Shown here: positions 37,132 through 49,957 of the stretch, one piece after another | Layout of the letters: every line of letters begins with the position of its first letter | Numbering within the stretch: the stretch's first letter is position 1 | Assembly (NCBI GenBank): GCA_051047955.1 | Contig: JBPGPT010000044.1 | Span: 1-64,000, forward strand | Source of the DNA: Cystobasidiomycetes sp. EMM_F5 | Lineage: Eukaryota | Direction of reading: 5' to 3' | Length of the DNA: 64,000 nucleotides | Made by a program: the position numbers and the translations under genes | The notes under the pieces: generated by a model | What the model was told of the DNA's origin: nothing | The model's database searches: none | Seen by the model: only the letters and a program-made list of their open reading frames with translations

Positions 37132-38573
37132 ATGACTGCAAGACTTGGACATGCTCAGCTCACGTTATGTAGACTGGTGCACCATCCACGCTGCGCCGGA
37201 CTAGCTCCAGCATCTTTGTTGCTGTTGAGGCCGGCTGCACGTTCTCGAGTCTACTTGCGAAAACAGGCGGCCATACAAGCGGCTAGAGGGATTGCCAGTA
37301 CATCGGCGGTCAGAAACTTGCAGGATGGTTCCGAGGCCCATTTGAGCCAAGCGACAGCTGCTTCTGATGGCGTACTTCAGCAATTGGGCGACATCTTTCT
37401 CGCTGCCCCCATCCCTGTCGGCTCCGTCACATCCTTCACCGCTCTCATCATCCTCAGCACCCTCATTCTCCGCACAGGAATAACATTGCCAGTCACAATC
37501 TGGCAGCGCAACAGGATACGCAGGGTGCAGGATGTGGTCGTCCCAAAGGTGAAAGCATTTATGGAGAGTGAGCGGTATCGACTGCGCACAGAATTTCGCA
37601 AGGCAAATAGAAGCTATGAGGATTACGTCGTCGAACTACAACGAAGAGTACGTAAGCTTTGCTCCACTTCGATGCCAAGTGGCTCAAACCTCGTTCTCTT
37701 CTTTCTACAGACGAAAGTCGAATTCAAGAGGGTTTCAGCTAAGAACAAGTGTCGCTCGCTGCCAACCCTCATTACGCCGATTCTGGTCAACATACCCCTC
37801 TTTATCACAGTCACGTTGACGCTGCGAGACATCTGTTTACGCTCATACGCTTCTCTCACCGGCGCGTCGACAGCTTTATCCGAAGGCGTCTACCGATTGA
37901 CAGATACTGCCCCTCTTTCCGCTCTTGGACGATTCGCTCTCGAAGATCTGCCTTGGTGTCATAGCATCGCGGATGCTGACCCCACCCTAGCCTTGCCAGT
38001 TGCCGTAACGCTGTCAATGCTCATCAATGTGGAATTGCAAGCTGGCTTGCGGACCCGTATGGAACGCATGCGCGCCGGGGCACTCAGTGCAAGCGAGCAA
38101 GCAGAAACAGTCATCTCATCAGCGCCATCAACGCTGGCGAATCAAAGTGCAAGCGGGACGGCTACTTCTGCGCGTCCTCCTTCCATTGCTCATCCAGCAG
38201 TACGCCAGTCCAAGGTTAGCTTAGCAAAGGGCCAAACACGTCGAGTATCGTCGTCTGTCATCCAACAAGGTCCATCAGGGTCTACAATGCCAGCCCTCAC
38301 AATTCTGCCGCCAGCAGAAGCGCGGTCAAGGATTATCACAAACGTATTGCGAGTATTCAGCATACTGTTTCTTCCAATCGGCGCGGTCGCTCCTGTCGTA
38401 GGTGTAACATTTGCTACATATCGTCCATGGGCATTACTAAGCGACAATACAATCAACAGGCTGTAAATGTTTACTGGCTCACGAGCAACGTCTACTCTAT
38501 TATTCAGAACTTGGCACTAGCCTTTGTGGACAAGCATCGTCTGCCGCCGAAAGTGAAAAAACCTAGCTACTAG
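37132..38573 (+). CDS. Mitochondrial Oxa1/Cox18 (YidC family) membrane insertase, Cox18-like
   Basis: Arg-rich presequence, TLILRTGITLP.TIWQR, PILVNIPLFI, DPTLALP, last exon VYWLTSNVYSIIQ ending TAG 38571-38573. Confidence 0.8.
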
Positions 38574-40076
38574 CTACTGTGTCGCGCCAGATAGCATTGC
38601 GCGATAGTGCACAGACTCCCTCTGCGAAGCTTGCAATCGAGCATTAAGTTCCTCAATCTGTCGTCGCAGAGCGTCATTCTCCGCTTGCAACGCTTGCACC
38701 TTCTCATCCGTCTGTCCTTCTCGCATTTTCTTGCGCTCCCGAAAGACGCGCGATTGCTCTTTATTACGCTGTCTTCGTATCTCGGCCTGAGTATTCGGTG
38801 ATCCAGGCGGAATGGCAAGTCTCTGATATGCCTGCGGAGGCGGCGACTTGCTCGCGCCTCGAGCATGACGCTTCACAGCGGTGCCTACCGCAACAGCACC
38901 GGACGCAGCTCCTGCCGGGACTGCACTTGCTCGTGTTCTCTTTTTTCCTGCTTGCTTCGACGGAGGCTTGTCGTCTACTGTGCCTCGAGCTTTACCCTTG
39001 GCGACGCTGACCGTAGTTGCATCAACGAACTCGACAGGGATGTCAGAACGAGCAGAGGTGCTGTCATGTCGTGGAACGTTGGCATACATAATCGGGCTGA
39101 GTATCGTGGACGCCATATTCGTTTCCTCTGTGATCCTGCCCTTTCCATGGCGGTTTGATTTGGAGACGGCAGGCGCGCTTGTGTTGAGCACTGCATGGTT
39201 GTGGTCGCTTGCAAGTATGTTTGTTACTGGCAGTGCACTTGCACCAGGAATTGTTTGGTCTGCAGGTCCCCATTCTGCTTTGGTTGACTCTTGGCTCGCA
39301 AACCCGTTCTGCAGGTCATACTGGGCCGGATAAGGCGATGGTTGTAAAGGAAAGGCGTGGGGATGAGAATGAAGTGCGGAAATGTCAGAAACGAAGGTAA
39401 GCGCCGACTGGACAGGGAGAGGTGCAGAAAAGGGTTCGCCAGGCAGGGCAGAAGTTGAGTAATTGGCGAGTGAGTACGGGTCTGCCGCAGAATGTGTTGC
39501 GCTTGCAGATAGTATAGGCGGTAGGCTTGTGCTAGACGATGCCACAGGCTGAGCAGGGTAGGCCAAGCTCTTGAGGAACCAGTCGTAGAGCTTGCTGGGC
39601 GAGGCGGAAGAGCTCCTGTCGTTGACGTCGTCTCCATCATTGTCCTCCATGTCGCGACTCGTGCTTGCTGGCTGCTCTGCTGCATCCTTCTCGGCTTCCT
39701 CGTCTTCCTCGTCATCCTGTTGCAGTCGGCTTGGAGGGAGCACAAAGTCCTCGTCATCCGACTCTGACTCGCTGGGAAATTCGAAATAGTTGTCCATGGC
39801 CAGCATGGCTGCGAGTTCTTCCTCGGGAGGTGCGACGGGTATTCTCCCATAACGCGTCGGTTGCGGCTGGGTAGGCTGAGGATGCATGTTTGTGATTGAC
39901 TGGCTGGGGAGACATTGCGCCTGTCCTGGCGCGTACGATGTCTGAGTAAACGATGCAAGCGGCGCCAATGATTCGAGTCCAGAGTACGTCGCTGACGACG
40001 ATAGACCGGCACTGCTTGCCTGGGGCCTGTGTCCGCCGGGAGAACGATGGACGCGCTTTGGTGCTGGCTCGCGCAT
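38574..40076 (-). CDS. bZIP transcription factor (C-terminal bZIP)
   Basis: IRRQRNKEQSRVFRERKK basic region followed by V..LQAENDALRRQIEELNARL zipper; long acidic/Ser-Pro N-terminus. Confidence 0.85.
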   Translation of the reverse strand: MREPAPKRVHRSPGGHRPQASSAGLSSSATYSGLESLAPLASFTQTSYAPGQAQCLPSQSITNMHPQPTQPQPTRYGRIPVAPPEEELAAMLAMDNYFEFPSESESDDEDFVLPPSRLQQDDEEDEEAEKDAAEQPASTSRDMEDNDGDDVNDRSSSASPSKLYDWFLKSLAYPAQPVASSSTSLPPILSASATHSAADPYSLANYSTSALPGEPFSAPLPVQSALTFVSDISALHSHPHAFPLQPSPYPAQYDLQNGFASQESTKAEWGPADQTIPGASALPVTNILASDHNHAVLNTSAPAVSKSNRHGKGRITEETNMASTILSPIMYANVPRHDSTSARSDIPVEFVDATTVSVAKGKARGTVDDKPPSKQAGKKRTRASAVPAGAASGAVAVGTAVKRHARGASKSPPPQAYQRLAIPPGSPNTQAEIRRQRNKEQSRVFRERKKMREGQTDEKVQALQAENDALRRQIEELNARLQASQRESVHYRAMLSGATQ

Positions 40077-40240
40077 GCTGGGTATTTACTGCTAAGCCGG
40101 CATATGTGCGACGACGACAGCGTATTGATTACAGCGTATGCCTTGGTTGGAGCGCAGCAAACCAGGGCGACCCTTCAATTTACGCGATCACAACAACGGC
40201 GGCAGGCGTAAATGGCTGGTTTATAGTGCTAGTTACCCTG

Positions 40241-40953
40241 CTACACTGCAACGTCTACCTCACGATATCGCAGAACAGCACCGCGGATACTCTTGCCCCA
40301 CCCTCCCAGCAGCGGATGTCGACAGACGGGACACGTTCCCTCGAGGTCCTTGCCTGCAATTGTCGGGATGGCTCGCAGCAAGTCGAGCGTGATGGTCTGC
40401 GTCGTCAGAGACGAGTGAAGGCAGGGTCCGCAGCTGTGCAGGCGTACATTCAGTGTCAGCGTCGTGTGCTCAGAAGATGTAGGTACATCTCTTCGGCTTA
40501 CAAACAGTGGCCGCATTCTGTGACGACCAAGGGGACCGGTGGGCCCATGCATATCGGGCACGTCAACTCGCTCAGTATCGTCTTTGGAGCATCGTCGTCT
40601 TGCTCGTCTCGCCGCTCTGGTGATCTCGCTTGCGCTGCTGCTTCAGACCTGGCGTGTGACGAAGCGACCGGTCTGAGTGGTGGTGTCGGAGAATCGTCGA
40701 TGAGGATGGCTGTGGAAGTGGACTGCCCAGGCTGGCGTGAGAGAGGATTGGCAGGCTCAGAGGTGCTCGGCGTCGCGTCCGCGGTTGTTGCATCGTTTCC
40801 TTCGTCGGAAGAGGCTACAGATACAGTGTCGTGGTGATCATCGTCGATACCGCTTGCAGGGTCGACCAGCTCCTCAAAAGTGCTCGCAGGGTGTACTTGC
40901 GATGCAGGGGGCAGGATCTGGTATCGCTCAACTCCGCCTTCGGATTGGTTCAT
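40241..40953 (-). CDS. RING-finger protein, possible SUMO-targeted E3 ligase (Slx8/RNF4-like)
   Basis: CPICM...ECGH|..CGPC...CPVC split by one intron; acidic N-terminus with SIM-like AILIDD. Confidence 0.75.
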
Positions 40954-40998
40954 GATCAACCCTCATTACTATCACACAACTACAAGACTACGCCCAGG

Positions 40999-43900
40999 CT
41001 ATATAGACGACATGTTGGGAAGACCGTAAGAAGACAGGCTAGTGGAAAGTTTGGGGGAAGTTGCCCTGGACGGTGCGGCAGAGTTTGGCATGCTGAACGA
41101 CCACGGATCGCCAGCGAAAAGGTTGCCTGCTGAGAGATGCAACGAATATGTAGGAGGAGAGCCGATGCCAGCTGCATAATGGAGTACGTATGAGTGTTCC
41201 TACATGCTGTAATAGTAGATGACAATAACTTACGCATGCTTAGATTATCCCAGAACCCAGTCTGGCCAAGTTGATCCAGATTGAAGCCCGTATTGAGGGA
41301 CATGTTGGACGGCTCAGCACCGCCGGCACCCATGATATTATGCATTTGCATTTGCGTATGCATTGGCTCCACGGACCCGCCGAATGTATTTACCGCAGCG
41401 GAATCGAGCGCTGGTTGATGAGCAAAAGTGGTATGTATCTGTTGCTGCGATTCAAAGAGCTTGTTGGCAAGGGTAGGATCCAAGCTGACGTTGATATCCT
41501 GTCCGTTACTCGTGTTGAAACCAGTTCCCTTGGCGGATTGCTGCCTGCTTGAGAGCAACAGCTTCAAGAAGCCAGCGTAGAGTCTTGGTGTATGAACATC
41601 ATCAACGCTACAGCTTTCAAACACTTGCACGATACTCTCGACCTCTTTGAGAATGGTTTCGGTGTCGACAAATTCGGCCAGCTCTGGCCGCAGCAGTTTG
41701 AGGAGAAAGACTGCTGCATACGAGGTATTGATAAAGATGGCATCGATAGCGTAGCGCAGGTAGCCATGAGTGTGTAATTCATCTCGGACAAGTCGAATGA
41801 CCTCGGTCGCGCTCGAGTAGCACGGTAAAAAGTAGGGGAGGATCTCCATGCTCGAGGGTGTGGTCTTCAAAATTTGCTGCAAAGCAAACGAGAATGCCAG
41901 TAGTCGATGCCAGTTGAAGTACCATGTCTTCATTGTCGCGGTAAACTTTCCCTCGACGCTGTCTGTGCTTATAGCTGAGCCTGAAGATCGATGCATTCCA
42001 GTAAGCTTCGGTTCGGTTTGTTGGATACTCACTTACTGTACCACTCCGAGTTCCAATTGTCTAGCGCTGTCTCCACTGCACGTGTGACAATAGCACTGGA
42101 GAGTGAAGTGGGTACGCTCAGATGTAACCTAACAACCGCAATACAGTAGACCTACTAGTCTTGCACGCACGAGTCGTGCCCGCGGCTTTCTTCAAAACAA
42201 GACAAGCGCAACAGATCCTGCAAACCTGACGTGATTGAGTACACTTCCAGAATGGCTGCCAAGCTAGCGTCGGTAGGTCTCGCGAGCGGACCCGCCGCCC
42301 ACCGTTTCGCATTTCGTTCAAAAGCGCCAAGCCGTAGGGTGTGAGGTCGGCCAGTCTGGAGCGCCGTGGAGCGCTACGATGCTCATCGGATTAGCTATGA
42401 CGACCATACGAATGGCCTCCTGCTGAGCTTACATCCATAATAAAGACTTCCATCCAGGTTCGTTCTCGATTCATTGCTTCCTGCTGCCAAAGGGCACGCG
42501 TCTCTTCGTCAAGATCAGCAGGCAGAGCAGGATTGCGCCAGAGGTTGAGTTCGACTGCCATACGAATGGCCAGCCCAGAATATGTATATGTCCTGTCGTC
42601 TTCAAAACGCTCGGTAGGCGTATTGTAAAAAGCCAAGAGCATGTAGGCTTGCACGATTTCGACCGACTTGAAGCCGCTCTCAATCATCAAGCTTGCCAAC
42701 TTGCGAGCATAGGGCATACACAACCCGTACAATTCGGGGCGGGCTTCGTAAAATTTGCTTGCTACGGCACAGACTGAGATCAAATGCAGTTAGCTAGCCA
42801 TTAGACCTGACATTGTGAATCTGAAACGTACTGGTTGTGAAGAGGAAAGTTGATCGCGAGCTGACGTTGATGGGCGTATGGAATTCTTGATTGATGTAAT
42901 GCGCGGTGAACATTGAGCAGCGTTGATGATATCTATACTGATGTCAGACGCGCCTGTCAAGAGGGGATAGCATAAAATCAAGCTACTTACGTGTCGAAGA
43001 GCTGGACAGCTTCCTCTATTGTTATGATTTTCTCGGTCAAGAGGGGTGAAGGCAGATTCTTGTCAATTAGTAGTTGCCGCAGAGGTAGTACTGGGGAGCG
43101 AGAGCGGAACGAATCAACATCGCTGAGACCATTTATCATGTATAAAACTAAATACCATTGAATGGACCTGGCTTGAAGTATGCATCATTGGCAACTCCCA
43201 GCTTCTGCTTGCCGTTGCTGTTATCAGAGCGATAGTTGTTATCATGTGACGGTGAAGCATCATAACGCTGGGCATCAAGAGTGTCTCGCCTCTGCCGCTG
43301 CTGATTATTCTCCAGGGACGCTCTGAACAGACTCGATTTCAACCTCGTTGTCCTGTTGAAGAAAGCAGGACTTTCGGAGACTCACTCTGCGAGAAGTCCA
43401 AGCGGGGCCCACGTATTTTCTGGCTCTGGCAGACTGGGTAATCTGAGGGCGGGTGAGTTTGCGACCAGATTTGCCGTGCTACCAGGGCCAGAGTGCGCAT
43501 CCTCAGTCTTTATAGAAGGAGCTCGGTCTGCAGTCGAGCTTGATGTACCACTTCGCATACTTGGATGCTGAAGGTGACTTTGTTGGCCACTGCCGTTGAT
43601 AGAAATGTTTGTGACATTAGGCACGGGTAGAGGTGGAAGGGGATTACCGGGAATTGCGAACGGTGATGAAAAGTCCTGGAGGCCGTTGGGACGAATGTTC
43701 TGGGCGAAAAGAGGGATTCCGGACATGTTGACTGTTGATGCGAAGTTGTTGTTATTATGCGGATCGCTATAAAGCTGGGTTTGGGTTAGCGTTGGCGAAG
43801 GCAAGGGTGGCCGTGTCGTGTCTGGCCCAACTACTGGCGTATGCATGGGCGGTAGACTGCTTGCGGTGACAGGCTGACCATTGCTATCAACGATGGTGCC

Positions 43901-45220
43901 GTCGGTGGCGATAGTGAGACCAGCTACGAGTTGCGGATTCCCGGATGCTATGCTACGAAGCACTGTCTCTAAAGTCGATTCCATATTCTTTAGACTCCTC
44001 GCCATGGCATCCGTTTTTTGATTCTTTCGTCTGCCACGCTGTGATTCCTCAAAGATGCATTCGTGACCACCTTGTCGGCATCGTTTGCACTTGGATTGAT
44101 CCTCGCCTTCTGCTGGTTCGCAGCGCATTTTGAGCCGACGACATACGGTACATGCTCGAGAACCACGGGTCGACTTTGACTTTACGCCTGCTTCCTCGCC
44201 GCCGCTCGCTACTCCGGCTGCGCCTGAAAAGGAGGCGTCAAGCGGGGTAGACGCCTTGATGCTGTTGCTCTGGTTGGCGCTGTTTTGTTTTCCTGGCATC
44301 TTTTTGATGCTTGTCGTTGTAGACTTTGTGCGTTTCGCTCCTCGCGCTGTAATGGATGTCTGCGCTTTCCGTCGCTTCTTTCGACCTCCTCCCGCGGCTG
44401 TGGAGCTACCTGGTTGTGTATACTCTGCTGCTTCATCGTCGTCGTCATCGTCGTCGTCATCCTGCTCCTCCTCGTCGTCGTCTTCATCATCGTCATCCAG
44501 CTCATTCTCCTCATCGTCTTCCTGCTGGCCATCCTCGTCCGCCTCATCGTGCACCGGAATATTGGCTAGCTTGCCTCCACCACCCGTACGGTGATTGCTC
44601 GCAGCTGAAAAGGCCGCGACGTTTGCCTTGTCGAAGAGGGCAGAATGCGCTGTTCCGCTCGGGCCTCCCCCAGCCAAGTGATGCAGCATTGCGGGCGGAT
44701 AGAAGGACGTGCTCGAAGCCAGAGACTGCGCTTCGCTAGACTGCCCACCGCCGTACTGGGAGTGCAGCGGCTGCATGGTCCTCGGGCTGCCGGTCGATTG
44801 ATGCAGCGACGACGACGACGAAGAAGACATTGTGAATGGATTGTAGCCAGACAGAGTGCTCAGCCGGCTCATACCGAGGTTGCTGAAGCTCTGCGAGGTG
44901 TCGTACAGGCCTGCTTGGCTGGAAGACTGCTGCCCGAAATTGTACGGCGAGTTGCTGTTGCCGTTTCCTGCTCCACCGCCATTAGCCCCAGCTGCTGTCG
45001 AGGCTACGGGCGTCTTTGCTGCCGTCGAGACGCCGCTGCTTCCACCACTGTGACTGCTGTCCGCCGTCGCCAGCGCAGAGTCTGACTGCTCATGTCGCCC
45101 TGGCCGGTTCTCGGAGTCTTCCAGAGGCAACTCCGGCGACGTGTGCCGACTTGCACTGATGGGCCGCTGACTCTGCAGCGTGTAGCTGTCCTGCTGGTGC
45201 TGGTAGCGCCCAGGCGGCAT
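40999..45220 (-). CDS. Large Zn2Cys6 transcription factor (PriB-like) with fungal TF domain
   Basis: RGSRACTVCRRLKMRC..CKRCRQGGHECIFEESQRG, APLGLLAE, KSVEIVQAYMLL, SGLAIRMAVELNL, NRERTW; last exon ends ...PNMSSI* at 40999. Confidence 0.9.
44435..44550 (-). repeat. Coding acidic low-complexity (GAY/GAR)n tract
   Basis: DEADEDGQQEDDEENELDDDDEDDDEEEQDDDDDDDDE within the TF. Confidence 0.85.
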
Positions 45221-45914
45221 GTTGACGCGGTGTCAGAGCATAAACAAAGAAGCTTCGTTATGTGCATTGTCTATCGAAATACAAATGCGATGGCAAAAGA
45301 GTAGCTTAGGGTAATGGAAAGGCGGAAGAGCACAACGGACCAGATCAGATGCAACAGACTTGACCGAGCTGCACACCCCAGCTGCTACCTTAACTTCACT
45401 TGCACGTATGCCGTTCTTCATTGCTTTCCTCCTCCCGCTTTCTACGGCGCCCAGAACCCCAGTAAGACCTTGCGGACACATTGCTTGTAATGAAGTCAAC
45501 GACCACGCCAGCGACAGGCGCGTCTTGAAGCCCAAGTCGAAGCTCAGGCAGGTCCCAATGTAGCCAGGCTCGTTTACGATGAGTTGTAACAGCTCCTCTA
45601 CGAAAGTCATGGTGTTATTACCGCTGCCCGCCAAAAACGCCAGCGGAAGATCCAACAGCGTCGCATAGTCGCCTTTCCGGGCCTGAAGATATGGACCACG
45701 GGGCCACGTTGATGCTATTGTGTTGTAGATCTGAGTGTTATTGGGCCGTTGCAAACCTTCCATGAGTTTATTGGACGCTGACTATGCTTTTCTGTCGCCT
45801 TGTCGCTCACAACTCGCCTGTCGCTCACAATACGATTCATACCCAGTGGGCATCACATGCGAAAACGAAGAGCGCAACAAGCCAAATCAACGGCACCCAG
45901 CGCGGATGCGGTTA

Positions 45915-47066
45915 TCATGCTAATTGTTTATACCATGCCACTACCGTAGGGTCTGCCTTGATCCTGTCGCCTCCAGATGTCAATCACCTCCGCTCATCGG
46001 TTATCTATACTTACTGGTCTAAACTTACTTGTCAAAATTGAGGTTGGAAAGGTGCAAGCCCGTCTGAGCGAGAGTCAGCCTTGGTTCATAGATTATCGGT
46101 ATCCCCACTGACGACAGAAGAAACTCGCGACAGCGCGACATACGCCTGTCCTCGCTGACAGGACCTTGTTATCACCCGCACCATTTCGAATGTTTTCAAT
46201 TGCCGGCACTTACTTCGAAGATCTTGCCCAGATCAATGTGAGCAGCTTGCAGTGTTTGGCCTTGTGACTTGTGTATCGTAAACGCGTACGCTAGAGCAAG
46301 AGGCACTTGACGACGACATGCTTGGACTTCACCGCGGTGATTTTCGACTGTATGAAGACGTCAATTACAGAGGTCGCAACTAGTATTGTCCTTGAACCGT
46401 ACTTGTGAATTCGACCGCAGGACATAAGATCGGCATCTCATCGCCGTCGAATTTGACCACCGGCCATCTGCCGTTTGGCAATGGCGGCGGTTGACCAACG
46501 TAGCAGTGAGGCGGATATAGATGCAACAGCTCGGCCTTGATTCGAGTCGGCGAACGAATTATTCCGATGCTTCCTGTGCGACGGCAGCGTTCGTCGTTTA
46601 CGTGTGTAAATTCTACGACAGTACCCATGGATCCATTGACGAGGCCATGGTATGCATTGTTTTGGGTTAAGATCGCCCTGGCACCTGCTTTGAGCTCCAA
46701 CAGTCTCTCAGCTGTTGTATTTTTACTGAGCAGCGCTACCATCTGATCCATTTGATGATCTTGGTATATGGTGTCCTTGGTTTTCACGTTTACAGCGCTA
46801 TCATCTTTTGCTTCGAATTGATGAAGTTCCCCGACGAGTTTCGCAAGACAAGCCCCGTTTTCTGCCGCGACCTCGACTCTCAAAGGGAACAGTTTCGGAA
46901 CAGGTTTTGCGGTATTCATTTCGCGAGCGACGCACCCGGCAAGCAGCTGTGAGGTAGCGACGCTCAGATTTCCTTTGCCCGTATAGGTGCGAATTTCGGA
47001 AAGCGCCTTTGCCAGGGCGTCGTCGCGTTGTCGAAAGATTTTAATCCTCTGCTTAGTGGACGCCAT
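45915..47066 (-). CDS. Pif1-family helicase, C-terminal half only (truncated gene or pseudogene)
   Basis: [33 protein letters not shown]....[57 protein letters not shown]; no Walker A/B found upstream. Confidence 0.8.
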
Positions 47067-47737
47067 TCAAAGGTGAGCTTCCTGCTGCAGCGGTCTCTGC
47101 AGCCTCACTGAACACACATCGAATTGATGAGTACCAGAGTCGCACGATACCACGAACAGTAGATAGCTTACTGGTCAAGATAGATCTGATCCCCGTTCGG
47201 ACCGTTCACAACAAACGCGGGGGCGGCACCAGCTACATTCTGGTTCGCATGAGCGTGTCCATGATTGCATTTGTGTCGTATCCTTGACGGAGTCAGATGA
47301 AAGTACGTCATGAATCTCGGTCTTTGGATTAGCGCGCGACGTTCAACACGAAAGCTTCCATTGATGTCACTCTCTGCGTTATGGCACATTTTGGGTGCAG
47401 CATGAACATCATGTGCATGTTTGTGAACAGACGACCTGCAACAAGGGCGAGCGTATCTGTCGAAACCTTCAAGTTCGTCGCAACCGAATATGGCTTGCGG
47501 CACTTGCAAGCCTATGAGGGCAAATCCGGCGCGCAAACATGGATGGCTACCAGCCCTGGAAGTCGTCAACGGCTGTCTTATGTATGGTCTGCGGCTGGGC
47601 TGGAATAATCGCTATGCCGACAGAGCACGCATTCGGCTCATCAGCCACCACTAAGGACTAACCCGATGAGTTACAAGCAATAGCCAATAACGCGGGTCAG
47701 ACTACCTCATTGTTCTCTGTTCAACGTATCCCTCGAC

Positions 47738-49877
47738 ATGGCTGTGCTTTCTCCTTCCCCACTGTCCCCTCCGCTATTCTCGCCATCTCATTGGGATCCT
47801 CATCAATCATTCAACCTTTTGACAGCCGCCAATGTAGAATTACCGACAATTCCTGCGCCGACTTCAAAGCTATTTCTTGGGCTAGATCTGAGCACTCAAG
47901 CGCTGAAGGGTGCTTTCATTGACGAGAGTCTGAAAGTTGTCTACGAACAAGCTGTCCGCTTTGATGAGGACTTGCCGAGCTATGGGTATGTTTAGACATG
48001 CGACGTTACACATCAAGCTACTCTGACACAATGCTGTGCAGCACAAGCAAGGGCGTTGTCACCTTTGACGGTGGCGTCGTCGTGTCACCTACGCTTATGT
48101 TCGTGGAAGCTATCGACCTGCTCTTTGGAAAATTAGCAAATTCAGAGCTGGGTCGTGACTGTCTGCGGCAGACAGTAGCGGTATCAGCCGCAGCACAACA
48201 GCACGGAACCGTCTACTGGGGAGCGAAGGCTCAAAAGGTATTGTCCTCCATGTCAGCTGCAAACAACCTCAAACAACACTTCGCTGCGGCCTTCTCTACC
48301 CCCTGGTCACCTAACTGGCAGGATTCATCCACGCATGACGAATGTCGAAGGATGGAGGAAGCAGTGGGTGGGCCGCATCGAATGGCCGAGTTGACAGGAA
48401 GCCGGGCGCACGAACGATTCTCAGGTCCGCAGATACTCAGATTCAGAGAGAAGCAGCCAGGAAGTTACGCGCAAACAAGTCGCATCAGCCTTATCTCGTC
48501 CTTCCTCACGACAGTCCTGTGTGGCGATGACATAAAAGACATAGACGAGAGCGATGCGTGCGGTATGAATCTTTACAATATCGCAAAAGGGGATTGGGAC
48601 ACAGATCTGCTGCAATGCGTTGCAGGAAATGGCGACACGGATGCGAGCAAATTACGGAGAAAACTCGGTCCGGTCCAAACCAATGCTGCAGCGGTTGCAG
48701 GGCGTGTGAATGAGTATTTTACGGGAAAGTATGGTTTAAACGGCAGTGAGTTCGAATAATGTTTGTAGTGCTGACTTTGTTTGACATGTTCCGCTGTCTG
48801 TAGACGCCGTAGTCGGGCATGCGACAGGTGATAACAACTCTACAGCTATGTCGCATTCCCTCTCCGCTGGCGATGTTCTGCTCAGCTTTGGCACTTCCGA
48901 TACTAGTAGGTTGCATGCTTCCAGTCGCTGTGGAAGCCGCTGAATATTCCGCGATCAGTACTTGCCTCCTCGGACATATACCATCCTCATCCGGATTACC
49001 ACGTCTTTACGCATCCAGCAAATATACCAGGCGAGCCGAGGCGGTACATGGGCATGCTATGTTTCAAGAAGTAAGACCTCCTCGCCCAATTGATTGGCCA
49101 TCGCTGATTCCGCCTTTGAAGTGGGTCATTGTCCAGGGAATACGTTCGGGATCGCTACGCTAGAGGCGACTGGAACAATTTCGACAGCTTAGTGCGGTCG
49201 CACACTCTACGACCAGCAAGCAAAGTACGGCAGCGGTGTACCGGATTTTACTACCTCAGGCATGAGATTGTGCCGCATAATGCGTTTGGCATTCATAGAT
49301 TTGATGCGGACGATATGTCAATAGACGAGTTCGAGGTGGGTGGACGTTCGCTTTCTCGATACGAAGACATGTCGCTAAACGCTCAGCAGGATCCATCTTT
49401 CAATAACATGGCTATATTAGAAGCTCAATTCCTCTCGTATCGCAACAGGCTAGAAGCGATGCTCGGCTCGGCGAAGTGAGTCCATCGTACAGTAATGTTG
49501 TGTCAAGCACTAGCCCTAATCCGACGGTTTTCAGGCGCATTTATGCTGTAGGAGGGGGCTCTGCGAACGAAACGATGATGGATGTTCTCGCTTCAGTTCT
49601 CGACGCGCCGGTGCATAGACCATCTGCGTTTTCGGCAAATTCGTGTGCTATTGGAGCGTGCATGAAAGCGTACTGGGTTTATTGTACTCAGAGTAAAGAC
49701 CACGCAGGATACGACGCCATCATAGCAGCAGCCTCAAACGGTCAACGTGCTGAGGGCGACCATCCTGTCGCAGTACCTGATGCTGCTGCCGCGGACTTTT
49801 ATCGAGATTCGACGCGCCATTTCTCACAGCTGGAAGCACGCGCACTACAAATGGCTGCATTGCAACGTCTCGAGTAG
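47738..49877 (+). CDS. XKS1: Xylulokinase (FGGY family)
   Basis: FLGLDLSTQALK, AAQQHGTVYW, NWQDSST, GSRAHERFSGPQI, TGDN, SFGTSDT, CFKNGSL.RE, YAVGGGSAN. Confidence 0.93.
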
Positions 49878-49957
49878 TATATTCATATTCGCACTATGGA
49901 TATCTACAATACACAACTCGCATGGACTAGGGACATTGATAGCTACCTTTTGTCACT

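Noticed and set aside
39224..40837. Long overlapping ORFs (262 aa, 294 aa)
   Set aside because: Alternative-frame or antisense shadows of the bZIP and RING genes
44130..44739. Poly-Ser/His-Arg-rich ORFs on the plus strand
   Set aside because: Antisense shadows of the acidic tract in the Zn2Cys6 TF
45915..47700. Intact Helitron
   Set aside because: No Rep/HUH domain or convincing terminal hairpin/CTRR end identified
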